The notes beneath the pieces are model-generated. The model saw nothing but the letters and a program-made list of their open reading frames with translations, searched no databases and was not told the origin of the DNA. The translations under genes were made by a program, and so were the position numbers. A stretch of 63,665 nucleotides of DNA, counting the filler, from Octopus bimaculoides (lineage: Eukaryota): NCBI RefSeq assembly GCF_001194135.2. It is 4 parts of 4 records of this genome, joined end to end, with 100 filler letters (N's around TTAATTAATTAA, not from the genome) between each part and the next. Parts side by side here need not be neighbours in the genome. Positions count along the whole stretch, not along the records: positions 29,044 to 52,788 come from NC_068983.1; positions 52,889 to 62,104 come from NC_068995.1; 2 more parts are not named here. One strand, given 5' to 3'. Below are positions 41,982-53,764 of the stretch, in pieces. Each line of letters opens with the position of its first letter. The first letter of the stretch is position 1.

Positions 41982-42895
41982 TTAGTTCTCGTTGTGCGAT
42001 GAGACACATAAGGCCACAACATGATCTCTCCAGCCAACTCCGTTTTCTGACACTGTTCTGGTCTCATTCCAGCTTATCCATCTTTCTGGTCTCTTTTCCT
42101 TATCAATGGTCATTCGCTATATGATTTTAGGGCACCCTATGCCCTTTTCCCCTCATACAATCACTTTCTCCATTTTGTCTTGAGGACGTGTCCGATACAG
42201 TTGTTCCAGCATCACCGATCCTGTTGATGTCCATTGTCGTCTGCATTGTGTCATTTCGCATTCTTTGCAGCCACTTGATGTCGTGTATTCCCCTTAATCA
42301 TATGAATTGGAAGCTGTTTTACCTTCCATTTTTGTGACTTTCTAGTTTTCATATCCGACCAGTGTCTTGAACAGCTTCAGCTTCGTTTTGCGGCCTATAA
42401 CTTTGTCCATACGTTTGTAAGATTGTAGAATACTTCCCGGGTTTGGGATATTTTGTTCTTTATACCCTCGGTTTCCCGTCTTTCTTCATTGTCGCCCTGA
42501 GGTAAGCAAATTCGTCGATGTCCTCTACCTCGTTTTCACCGATTCTCACACGCGTTTCGTGTCTATCATTATTCCATAGTGTTTTACATTTCTCTGGACT
42601 GAAATTAAGGCCAATCTTTTCAGCATTCTCTGGCAGTCTGTGTGTCTTGTCCTGAATATTTTCGCTGGCGTATGATATCAATGCTACGTCGTCCATGAAG
42701 TCGTGATCTTCTAGCGTGCTTCTGAGGTTCCATCTAATGTCATTCGTATGCCTTTCTGTTGTTCATCACATGACCCAGTCTATCGTCATGAGAAGCAGGA
42801 AGCGTAACAAAATACATCCCTGCTTGACTCCATTTGTAACTTTAAACCACTTAGTCTTCGTGTGCGCAGCAGTGGACATTGAGAGTTGTTCGGTT
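41982..42895 (-). mobile_element. RTE-clade LINE, RT domain and 3' end (pseudogenised)
   Basis: TKWFKVTNGVKQGCIL..IDWVM**..IRWNLRSTLEDHDFMDDVALIS..IQDKT..AEKIGL..EKCK..EVEDIDEFAYL covers RT motifs including the (F/Y)ADD equivalent FMDD. The frame ends ALCVSSHNEN* at 41982. Confidence 0.9.
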
Positions 42896-42930
42896 GTGCT
42901 TCTTTTCTTGTAGCTGATCTACCCTTCTCT

Positions 42931-43235
42931 GTATGTTGGAAGGTAAGGACAATGCTTACTGCAGGTAAAGCAGCTCATGATGCTCGCGTGATGGTGAGGT
43001 ATAAATTAGATGTGCTAGGCTTGATTGAGACCAGATGAAATGGCACAGGACGAGTAACACTGAAAGAAGGCAACACAACGCTACTTTACACAAGAAACGT
43101 CGACGAACATCAAAGTGGAGTAGCACTAATGATAAGCAAAGAAGGAACGAGAAGTCTCATGGAATGGACACCAATAACAAGTAGGGTGATTGGTGTCAGA
43201 CTCTATTCACATGCAAAGAAATTTACAGTTATCAT
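42931..43235 (+). mobile_element. RTE-clade LINE, APE endonuclease N-terminus (pseudogenised)
   Basis: CWKVRTMLTAGKAAHDARVMVRYKLDVLGLIETR*NGTG..LLY..HQSGVALMISKEGTRSLMEWTPITSRVIGVRL..KFTVII matches the WNVRT / LGLSETRW / GVA motifs of RTE endonucleases. Confidence 0.88.
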
Positions 43236-45025
43236 AGAGAGTAAAGAGTAAAACTATCTGCGTTGGGCGCTGATGAATTATTATATATCTAAAGCATACC
43301 TTGCAGTTTTGCAGCGTGCATTCGGTTTTGGTCCGCCATTCAGAAGCTTGAAATCTAATTTTTGAATTGGCATCAGTTCATTTGGCACCGTACATAGCTA
43401 CCTCTCAGAAATGTTTAGCATTTCCCGTTAGACACGTCAAAATATTCCCCTATCCTAATGTATTAGTAACCTCGGTATGAATCAGTGTGTTGTACTTACT
43501 TTCTTTAAATATTTTATTATATCTATTTAACTGTTAGATAAAGCAATAACTAAATAACCACAACAGTTCTTTCATTTTACAAACCTTATATCTAAACAAA
43601 TTTTGACAGTAATAATCTACGTATTTCTGTCACTTAACAATAACAAACATTTTCCACTGAAAAATAAATAAGACACAAATCATCAATATTTGTAACCTGT
43701 AAAAATTTCAAGATCATACGTCTGAAGTAATTCTCTCGACTGATCGGAAAACAAATATCGAAAGGAATATCTAATGAAAAACGCGATTAGTTATTGCGTG
43801 AAACCGTTTTCATGACGCCATGCATCGATCGTTTCTTAAAGAACAGAACAGTTCAATAAAAGATGACAACCAAACGAGAATTCAACACAGAATTAAAATA
43901 AATAATGATTTCTTTAAAAAAAAATAATTAAAATATATGCACAAATAATTGTATTCAAATAAAAAGAGAACAATCTCAGGTGAATATTATTTAAAAGAAT
44001 AGAATTCTCAATGAGTAATGAGTTAAATTGTTCATTATGTAATTTATTTTTTCTTCAGTTTTTATTTTCATTTTTCAATTTCAACTACTTAATATTCTAA
44101 ATTACTTCGAAAATACTTTGAAAATATTTTTTCGAATAAGAAATCCATACATTGAAATCAGTTTCTATTCACAACTATTTAAATTTAAGTGATCAGCCAC
44201 GACAACAGATTAATTTGAATCGCATGATTTATATTGTACTAGGTTTACAAGAAGCGAATAATTGATTGGCAAACAAAACGAATAATAGTATTTTCTGAAG
44301 ACGGATATTTAGCTAACTAAACACTATATATAACTTAGAAAGTTGAAATAACCACAAAAACTCTTGTTTTTCTTTTTTACTTTTCTTTTTTTTTTCTAAT
44401 TATAACTGCAGTAATAAATTTGTGACGAGTGCTCTAGAATAAAAGGTTATATCTTGGCAATTGTGTTTTCACATCCAGTAATCGAATCCCGGTGCGAGTG
44501 ACAAACAGAACTGTCAGCTATTTCCCCATTAGTCTTAACTGTTTAGACAGCTTGGCAATTATACAATTAAGTCATTTCGTGGTCTGGTGTCTCGTCCACA
44601 GAAATCCATTCTGTGACTATTTGATACTAAGACAAAAAGCACAGAAATGTCTTATTCAGATCAAAAGACATAGAACAACAAAAGGTCCCAACACAAAGAC
44701 CAATGTGCAAAAGACAAAGTCATTACTCAAGCTATGACAGCATGGTCTTGTTTGATTTTGTTATTTTCTTTTTGGTTTGACTGGTTTTGTAATGAATCAT
44801 TATAGCTATTTGCAATGGCATGATGTCAAATTACATTGCGCAATACGTAAATAGACGTTGTTAATAACAATATGGAATTAAAACCCTACTAAATTTCAAC
44901 AACGAAGTTAATATAGTTGTCGACACTATTATTACGAATAACATCTCACTATAATTTTATATACATACATAGATACATACACACACACATATATGTATGT
45001 GTGTGTGTAGATATGTATATATATG

Positions 45026-46041
45026 CAGGGTGTCTAAGATATTTGAGGACAGATTTATATTTATAAAAAAAACTATGACAGATAATAACTTTATTTATCA
45101 AAACATGCTATGGGGATAAAAATGAACCACCTTTTCTATAATGTTATTCAATAGAGCCACCTGCAGCCTCAACAACTGCTTCTATATGAGATCTAAATCA
45201 TCTACATGCTCGGATCAAGAGGTTCTGGTTCATTGTGGACATTACTCTGACTATGGCAGCTTTCAAAAAATCTCTGGGGTTCTGGATGTGTTCATTAACC
45301 TCTGTCTGAACAATGCTCCATATGTAATAGTCCAACGAATTGAGAATTGCAAAATTAGGAGGCCAGATGTTAGGTGATTATGAAAATTTTCAGCTATCCA
45401 TTCTTGTGTTACTAGAGCCATGTGTGATAGTGCAGAGTCTTACTGAAACACATATGGCCTTCCATTGCATAAATTGTTTATCTAAGGCTTAACAATCGTT
45501 TCCAGGACTTCAATGTAGGCGGCAGAGTTAAATCTAAGGCCTTGTGGATAGAAGTAAAGAGGTATCACATGTCTTCATTGCTGACAACCCCTAAAACCAT
45601 GACAGTTGCAAGAAATTTTGTATGCATGACACTTGGAACTTCAGATCTGATGTAGTGATTTTCTTTTGCTTTTTCTGACAAATTGACATTTCCTCAACAT
45701 ATAAGACTTATATCTGATGTCTTCGTCGACATTTCTGAGTGTTCCTTCTGACACATGGAGATATTTTGCAATTGATCTCATGGACCTTCTGGGATTGTAG
45801 TGAATGATCTGTTGAACCTTCTAGATAAATTCAAGTGTTCTAATGATTTCAGAGCGTTTGGAATGCTTTTTATGCTTTGATACCAGTGATACGTTTCTAT
45901 ATTCAGTCTCTAACTCCTTACAAACTTTGTAGACGAAAGATCCGGCAACTTAAAAAAAATCGAGATATTTCTAAATCACTACGCTTAGCCTTCATGACCA
46001 CAATAACAGCATGGCTCTTCATTTCTTGAGTAAGTTGAATG
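45026..46041 (-). pseudogene. Tc1/mariner-superfamily transposase pseudogene, DD37D (maT)-like, with one TIR
   Basis: The - strand encodes HTKFLATVMVLGVVSNE..YPQGLRFNSAAYIEVLETIVKP*..GRPYVFQ*DSALSH..TQEWIAENFHNH..IWPPN..LNSLDYYIWSIV..LKAAIVRVM..IEAVVEAAGGSIE* (stop at 45144-45146). TIR-like CAGGGTGTCT at 45026. The other end lies in the N gap. Confidence 0.88.
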
Positions 46042-46278
46042 NNNNNNNNNNNNNNNNNNNNNNNNNNNNNNNNNNNNNNNNNNNNNNNNNNNNNNNNNNN
46101 NNNNNNNNNNNNNNNNNNNNNNNNNNNNNNNNNNNNNNNNNNNNNNNNNNNNNNNNNNNNNNNNNNNNNNNNNNNNNNNNNNNNNNNNNNNNNNNNNNNN
46201 NNNNNNNNNNNNNNNNNNNNNNNNNNNNNNNNNNNNNNNNNNNNNNNNNNNNNNNNNNNNNNNNNNNNNNNNNNNNNN

Positions 46279-46317
<39 letters not shown>

Positions 46318-46979
46318 CACATGCATGCACACTAACACACATATCTGTGTGCACGTGTGTGAGAAAGTGTGAGTGCAAGTATGGTATGCACACTATGGAA
46401 AATACATAGTAATAGTCAAAAGATTTAAACTTAGACTCTAGAACTTGGGCCACAATGCCAACAGTGGGTTTAAGAGAAGTTCTGATGAGCTGATATGGAG
46501 GTACTGTAGATAAACACGATTACGATATATATATATATATATTATAGTGAAAGAACACGCCACTAGTGGTCGTATGTGTCACCAGGGAAAGCAATCTAAG
46601 TTAGTCAGGGACGGTTAGCTACTGGCTACAGAAAAACCAGGAAGAGAGACAAAGAGAGAAATAATGGAATAGGGTCGGGGTTGTGGAGAAAGGGAGAATA
46701 GTATAGGTGAGCAGTGCAGCAGTTGGCTATAAATGAACTAGAAATGGGATTTGGTGATAAAGACAAGAAGAGATTAATAATGAATTCAAGGAATTAAGGT
46801 CAGATTATCGGAGAAAGATATGTTGAGAAAGGGAGAGAAGTACATGAGAATAGGGAAAGAAGTAGAAAGAGGGAGAAGGAATATTGTGCTAGTATACCTA
46901 ATTAATAAGTTAAGACTTAACTATAATTAGATTTCATATAAACTTTGCATAATGTGCAAAAGTGGAATATAATTTGTGC

Positions 46980-47430
46980 TGACATGAAAAGATCATGTCA
47001 GAGAACTTTTCAAGTAACGAGGAGGCCGTATTACTAGTATAAAGTAGGTTAGGGTGGGATCCATTTGGATAGATTATAGGGTCTACAGTAAGGCAGCAAA
47101 TTTGCGCATATTCGAGGCTGCAATTGTAGATCCAAAATTTTGTGTTGCGGAGAAGGAGATTTTAATGAAGATTTATTAAAGACGGGATAGTATTTATCCT
47201 GGGAAATTTGAATTTAGGAATTAAAAACTTAGCCTGACTAAATATTTAGCCTGAAAATGGAATGTTGGAGTGAAACGTAAGATCTTCAGCTTTCTACTCT
47301 TGGCGGCGTCTTAGTACACGGGAATATGAAGGGCTGGTCTACCTAGGGACTTGTAAGGTTATTTAACCTTTGATGTGGCCGAAAAGGCGGGTGAGTATAG
47401 ATCATAGCGAGTTCAACTGCAGACTGACGG
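46980..47430 (+). mobile_element. Possible highly decayed APE endonuclease of a CR1/L2-type LINE
   Basis: Only scattered motif remnants in plausible order, with many stops: KDH..RGG/VLLV, VFILGNLNL (GDFN-like), SIDH. Confidence 0.25.
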
Positions 47431-48814
47431 AATGTGAATGCGTAGAGGTAAGTTAGAAGGGCCCAGAATCTGCTCAGAGAAAGAGGAGTGCGAGTTTTAT
47501 TTGTAGCCTTGTATTAGAGTTATAAAAGTTCTTTTCATGGAATCCGCTATTCCAGAGCGTCTGATTATAGTATGTATGCATTTATGTATGTATGTATGTA
47601 TGTATGTATGTATGTATGTATATTTGTATGCATGTATGTATGTATGCATGCATGCATGTATGTATGTATGTATGCATGTATGTATGCATGCATACTCATA
47701 TTTGTTCAAAGCCCATGATTCCATCTTTTGCTACCGAAAGTTTCTCGCCACTTGCAATACCTATTGTGAGAACAAGGTCGAATGTGGGTTAGTTGCATGC
47801 TCATAGAGTAAAAGCATGTCTCATAATATAATTGGTTTTCGTTTATTTTTTAAGGAACCCAACAACCAAGAATCTCAGCGTTTTTGACTGGTAGGATACA
47901 TCTGTTCATTACTGAAATATGAAACAAAGATAATACTAATTGGGCCTATTGATATTGAAGTGAGCATCACACTACTATTTACTACTGTGAATTGTTGCTG
48001 GAAGTCATTAGGCAATGTTCCGTGCGTGTAAATGTTGAGATAGTTGCACTCTCTTAACGCAAACGTCTGTAATAATAATATTGTTTCTCTGTTTACAATG
48101 CTGTAGAATTATGCAAAGAAGTTTATGTCAAGCATTAGCTACATCACTTCCATTTCGAAATAAATTTTGCTATCTTTCAGTATTAAAATATGTAGTTATT
48201 TGGCTATATATATCCTTCGTTGCCAGTAAGTGTACTGTGTCTATCCTGCTTGAAGTGTATTTGCCATGAGGTCAATGCTGTTCTTGTTACCATTCGCATT
48301 TGTCTCTTTAGTTTGTACACAGTCAGGTTTGCAAAGTACATGCCGATTGGAGAGTTTGCAGCATGATTTGAGAAAACGTGGATTTTGCAATCAAAATGTC
48401 TTTCAGATAATAAACTACTCCAGCATTTGATTAAATTGAGGCATGTTTAAAGAATTTAACTAAAAGGAGGTTATCGCCACAATTTACTAAAGAATCATCT
48501 TTCTTTCTTTTTTTTTTCAGAATTATGTCGCCAGCAATACTCGTATGGAAATGTCAAATAACACATAACATATATACTAGAACACTAACCATCATTGGCA
48601 AAAGACAAAATCAGTAGTTAAAAAATAAAACATTACAATAGGGCAAACAACTTTATATCGTCACCATATATTCATTCAGTTGAACATAAATAAATACACC
48701 AAACCCGAAAGTATAAGAACATACATATATATACACATATATAAAAACGTATGGAAAACCTGTAAAGAACGATGCGTATGAAGGCGTTTGAAGAAAATAC
48801 ATGAAGAAAAATGA

Positions 48815-48848
<34 letters not shown>

Positions 48849-49054
48849 CAAGGCGTCTACAAATTAAAATTTATATATATATATATCTATATGTATATAT
48901 ANNNNNNNNNNNNNNNNNNNNNNNNNNNNNNNNNNNNNNNNNNNNNNNNNNNNNNNNNNNNNNNNNNNNNNNNNNNNNNNNNNNNNNNNNNNNNNNNNNN
49001 NNNNNNNNNNNNNNNNNNNNNNNNNNNNNNNNNNNNNNNNNNNNNNNNNATATA

Positions 49055-49090
<36 letters not shown>

Positions 49091-49185
49091 TGTATGTATG
49101 TATGTATGTGTATAAGATAGCTAAACTATTAAAGGTAAAAGGAATCCAGTATAATGTCGATCGTAAAGTGCAAGGAGGAATTCAA

Positions 49186-49267
49186 GTCTACGGCCGTTTC
49201 AGGACCCACTGACATTAGCACATTAACACATTAAAACGCAAAAACCGGCAATGGCCGCTTCATCAGG
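49186..49267 (-). ncRNA. Degenerate minimal hammerhead-like motif (PLE type)
   Basis: The - strand has CTGATGA, a 59-nt poorly paired stem II region, then GAAACGGCCGTA (palindromic ACGGCCGT, GUA site). Stem I is only 2 bp. Confidence 0.35.
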
Positions 49268-49354
49268 AAAAAATATATTTTATTTTTTTACTACTGCTTG
49301 ACCACTAAATGCACAAGTTATTTTTTTAATTCTTTCTCTGTTTATTATCTCTTA

Positions 49355-49490
49355 TTCCTATTTGTTGAAGAGCGTAGACTCGAAACATAAAAGTCTTTCT
49401 CACTTTCCTGACTGTCAAACTAATACACCTGCTTATTGTTCATACAACTGTCTTCGTCTTATGTCTTTTTGTAAATTTCAACTATATATA
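49355..49490 (+). mobile_element. PLE pLTR-like repeat with degenerate hammerhead-like motif
   Basis: TTGTTGAAGAGCGTAGACTCGAAACATAAAAG...CTAATAC...GTCTTCGTCTT. A homologous copy lies at 54714-54830 (TAGGCTCGAAACGTAAAAGAC). Confidence 0.5.
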
Positions 49491-50290
49491 CATAACCTAT
49501 CCTCCGACAGTAAAACACTACAATAAATTCCCAATATCAAGCATCTACAAAAGAATAAAAATAATTTAAATTCGATTTAAATGACATTAGCTTTAGGTAA
49601 AGAAAATTGTAGAGGGTATAACATGAGCATAAATTCCATAAAATGAGCATAAAATGAAGCCTGCAATGTTCTAATTCCGAAAGATAAATATTTTCCAGTT
49701 CTCATAAATTTCAGAAACGTTTCAATGAAAGCGATGTTGCTAGCTGTATGATGCGATAATGTTGCATCTAAAATATGTTCATACAATAGCATCATAGAAA
49801 ATGTAACACTCTAACCCAACCAACAGAGACCAACAAAGACACTAGCTCTTGTCTGCTTGACAGCAAAATCGATTATCCAACCTTAGTTAATTTGCGTTTA
49901 ATAACAAATTTCTTTAAAACATTATAGCTATTTAAAAATTCAAACAGCTTCCTAACGAAGTGTGCAGATTGATATGTGAATTGATTACGGATACAGCAGT
50001 AATAAAAAGGTGGGAATAACATGTCAGTTTAGTTAAGAATTGTTTCCGAACATCTTCCGACATCTTTCGTTTTATAAATGTGGCAATGGATAAATTGACA
50101 CACACATATGCATATGAGTTTACAATTTATATCATATATTATATGTATGTACGCATGCATTATGTCTGTATGTGTGTATGCATGTATATATATATATATA
50201 TATACAAGTGTGTGCGCGTGTGTGTAGCAAATGTTGTTATACATCACTAGTCACAATACACCTCGCTTTCGAGTGTAGAGNNNNNNNNNN

Positions 50291-50569
50291 TGCATGTTTT
50301 CCTCATGTATGCGCATGTTTGTTTGAGTGTGCTCAGGTCTATGTGCACTTGTGTGCGCATTCAAGTATATATATATATTGACCTGCTCTCCCGTGGTCAG
50401 CGATATTATCTATTCATTTTTCTGTATGTTAGGCTGTGTGTCTGTGTCTCTGTTTTCCTCATGTATGCGCATGTATGTGCATGTTTTCCTCATGTATGCG
50501 CATGTTTGTTTGAGTGTGCTCAGGTCTATGTGCACTTGTGTGCGCATTCAAGTATATATATATATTGAC
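50291..50569 (+). repeat. 92-bp direct duplication next to a 10-N gap
   Basis: 50291-50382 and 50478-50569 are identical by eye. Confidence 0.85.
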
Positions 50570-50682
50570 TTGCATGGTCAGCTAGGTGGCATCACTCGAC
50601 ACTCGAAAGTGTGGTGTATTGGGACGAGTGATGTATAGCAACATTTAATACTCTGTTCGATAACATGATACCGGGATAAAGG

Positions 50683-50747
<65 letters not shown>

Positions 50748-51000
50748 GGTGGCATGAACGTAGACCAGGACTCTAGTCTACTTAATTATCATGAGTACCA
50801 GTTAACTGGTGCCACCTCCATCTTTCTTGTAGTCATAGGACACGTAGAGTCAAGGGCTGGTGGGCTGATACTGTGTCTATATCTGACCGCAACTACATAG
50901 GATCTAAAGGCAATTAAGAGCAGCGTGGCATATGCTGCCAATTTATACTTGCCGGCAGGCAACAGCTGTTGTTTACTCACATATACATATGTGTCATATA

Positions 51001-51188
51001 CATGAATGGTGCTTGAAAAGTTCCTGGCTCTGGCTGAAGGCACAAATTTCTGAGGTTAGAAAAATTGAAGGACCGTTGCAATAAGTGTATGAATCTTAAA
51101 GGGGAATACGTTGCATAAAATCATAATTAACTTTTCCTCCTGTATTTTCTTTTACTCAAAGCCAGGAACTTTTCAGCACCCCCTCGTA
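51001..51188 (+). mobile_element. mariner-derived MITE (internal deletion derivative)
   Basis: TIRs GGTGCTTGAAAAGTTCCTGGCT and AGCCAGGAACTTTTCAGCACCCCCTCGTA, with terminal TA. The interior encodes DRCNKCMNLKGEYVA*, the typical mariner C-terminus (RW.KC...GDYVE*). Confidence 0.88.
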
Positions 51189-51940
51189 AATATGTATATT
51201 GATATGTACTTAGTATAATGGCAGCGATTATTGTTTTGTATCCATAAAACTGACCTGCAGGCATGTTGTAGTTTATATCACTAAGTTTTATCTACTGTGT
51301 TTATATACGGTCTCACGAGAGTAAAAGTCCCAGTTTCAGTAACTGCATGTGAAGCTACAGTCGTTGAGTGTGATGTTTTCCTGGAAGCTTTAAGTAAGGG
51401 CATATCTTTTTTCAGCAGCAAACTACGCTCTTTCTACGTTCTTCTTGTGTGGTAAGGTTTGAGGTCCTCTGTGGCACTCAGTTCTCTGCAAGATTGTGTA
51501 CATGTACAAGACCAGTAGTGGCCCATTTAGTAGTCACTGTTCTACACACCACTAATGTTATTCGAGAAAATATCAGTAGCAATACAGCTTGGCTATAGTA
51601 TGAATACACAGGTTGCAACTATGAAATGGAAGGCAACGTTAGGCTACCTTAGGGATCCCAGGCTCATATATGTTTCAAGTGCTTACTCACTAAGCAGTTC
51701 TCGTGGCTGAAATTTGCTACCCAGGGAAAAAGATATGAAACTTGACGTGTTTACATTTTATACATGCCATAGATTTGAATGCACATACAAGTGCACATAG
51801 ACGCGCGCACGCTCACAAACACACATGTACATACATGAATATATGGAGAGATAGACAGAGATAGACAGAGATAGACAGAGATACATGAATAGATGGAGAG
51901 ATAGACAGAGACACAGAGACACATACTAGCAGACAGAAAA

Positions 51941-52006
<66 letters not shown>

Positions 52007-52295
52007 TGATTTATTGATATTAGCTTGCACATACTAATGAAGATGAATGAACAATAAGCAAAGATATTCAAAAAACACGCATTAATTTCTATAGGAATGG
52101 TAAGAGTACTGTAAACCGAAGAGGATTTTTCAAATGCTTGTCTTTGTTTTTTGGTTTTTTGATTTTTTGACAGTCTAATTCAACCATTTCTCCTTCAATT
52201 CTCCATTTCCCTTCTCCAAGAATAACCCAAATGAATATGAGATCGTTGACAATAAAATTTATCTATCTGCATATCTCTATCTATTTATTTAACTA

Positions 52296-52646
52296 AACAT
52301 AATTAAGGGATCAGCAAGCATTTGCTTCACCACATACCGAAGTTCAGAAATAGCAGCTAAAAAAGCTGAGACTCCAACAGATAGCATTACCGTGCACGGT
52401 TTGCTAGCATAGTCGAATTTACTACTGGAATATCATACCGATGAAGGAAATTGAGTATTATCACTCATAATCCAGAAACGCGTCAATGATTAACTTTAAA
52501 TGGTTAGTTTTCATTGTTTTTTCTTCGTGTTTTTGCCTTTGTGAGTTACAAGTAATGCTATCTGTTGGAGTCTCAGCTTTTTTAGCTGCTATTTATGAAC
52601 TTCGGTATGTGGTGAAGCAAATGCTTGCTTATCCCTTAATTATGTT
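52296..52646. mobile_element. Young 95-bp inverted repeat pair, probable PLE pLTR/inverted-pLTR structure
   Basis: 52296-52390 versus the reverse complement of 52552-52646 shows 2 mismatches in 95 bp. The 161-bp spacer contains a hammerhead motif. Confidence 0.8.
52432..52490 (+). ncRNA. Minimal type I hammerhead ribozyme variant
   Basis: Stem I ATCAT(52432-36)/ATGAT(52486-90); core CCGATGA (52438-44, U4 to C); stem II GGA..TGAGT-ATTATC-ACTCA..TCC; GAAA 52475-78; palindromic stem III ACGCGT; GUC site, predicted cut after 52484. A-A mismatches at the base of stems I and II. Confidence 0.6.
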
Positions 52647-52788
52647 AATAAATGTATAGGAACTTTTAAATAAGTTCTCCACCGATAATGGTGTTTACAT
52701 ACCGAAGGGGTTGGTAAAAATTATTAATTGTTGATTTATTAATAAATTAATAAATTGATAAACCTTTACCCTTTTAATTTGTAATAAT

Positions 52789-52888
52789 NNNNNNNNNNNN
52801 NNNNNNNNNNNNNNNNNNNNNNNNNNNNNNNNTTAATTAATTAANNNNNNNNNNNNNNNNNNNNNNNNNNNNNNNNNNNNNNNNNNNN
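52789..52888. other. Artificial scaffold-join linker
   Basis: 44 N + TTAATTAATTAA (52833-52844) + 44 N. Confidence 0.95.
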
Positions 52889-53295
52889 ATATATATATAT
52901 ATATACATACATATATGGGAGATATGGCGGTGGCGACAGGAACCTACCCACCCCACCTGGGTTTATATTTTAACTAAATGCGTTGCGTTGTTTTGTTTTA
53001 CACTCAAGATCACTTTGTCCACATCTTGCCTGATGCGTTCCACTTATTTGCTAAAATAATTAAAAACTATGTGAGATAAAATTAAATGAGACATAATATT
53101 ACAGATCCAAATGTGTTGCAATTCGTAATATGAGTTATCTACATTTTTCTGTTCAAATTTCACCGCCAATATCACATGGCGTCTTCCAAAAGACGATTAC
53201 ACAAATGAGGAGTAATACAAAGGATAAGATGCTTAGGGCTAATTCCTTATGAATAACGCTGTCTTAGAAGCTACGGAAAATATTTTCTTATACCA

Positions 53296-53745
53296 GGCGC
53301 AGGTGTGGCTATGTATTAAGTAGTTTGCTTCGCACCACATGGTTCAGCTTTCTACGTTCAGTCCCACTTCAGACACACCTTGGGCTTGTGTCTTCTACTA
53401 TAGCCTCGGGCCAAGCGAAGCTTTGTGAGTGGATATGATAGATGGAAACTGAAAGAAGCTCGTCGTATGCATGCATACGTACATGCGTAAATGCATACAT
53501 ACATACATACCTAAATACATACATACATACCTAAATACATACATACATACCTAAATACATACGTACATACATACATATACATGTATGTGTACCTTTGTGC
53601 CTGCATTTGTCCTCAACCACCGGCTTACGACCGGTGTTGGTGTATTTTATCCCGTAACCTTGCGGGATATTGGGGCCACTTCATTAGACTAAAATTTCTC
53701 CAAAGCGGTGCCCCAGCATGACTAGAAGTTAATGACTGAAACAAG
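53296..53745 (+). mobile_element. SINE family A, near full length with internal microsatellite
   Basis: Head GGCGCAGGTGTGGCTATGT...GTTCAGTCCC (B-box), CACCTTGGGCTTGTGTCTTCTACTATAGCCTCGGGCC, internal (ATAC)n, and 3' part ending CCCCAGCATG...AATGACTGAAACAA. Confidence 0.88.
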
Positions 53746-53764
53746 CATACGTGCAATATTGTTT

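Noticed and set aside
43771-43813. CTAATGA...ACGCGAT-TAGTT-ATTGCGT-GAAACCGT hairpin resembling an HHR
   Set aside because: G5 is mutated, there are 3 extra nt before stem II, and no stem I forms.
48181-48570. Cluster of + strand splice-like sites (45-nt exon 48181-48225 with GTAAGT donor; acceptors at 48311 and 48520)
   Set aside because: No spliced combination gave a recognisable or long peptide. RNA-seq would be needed.
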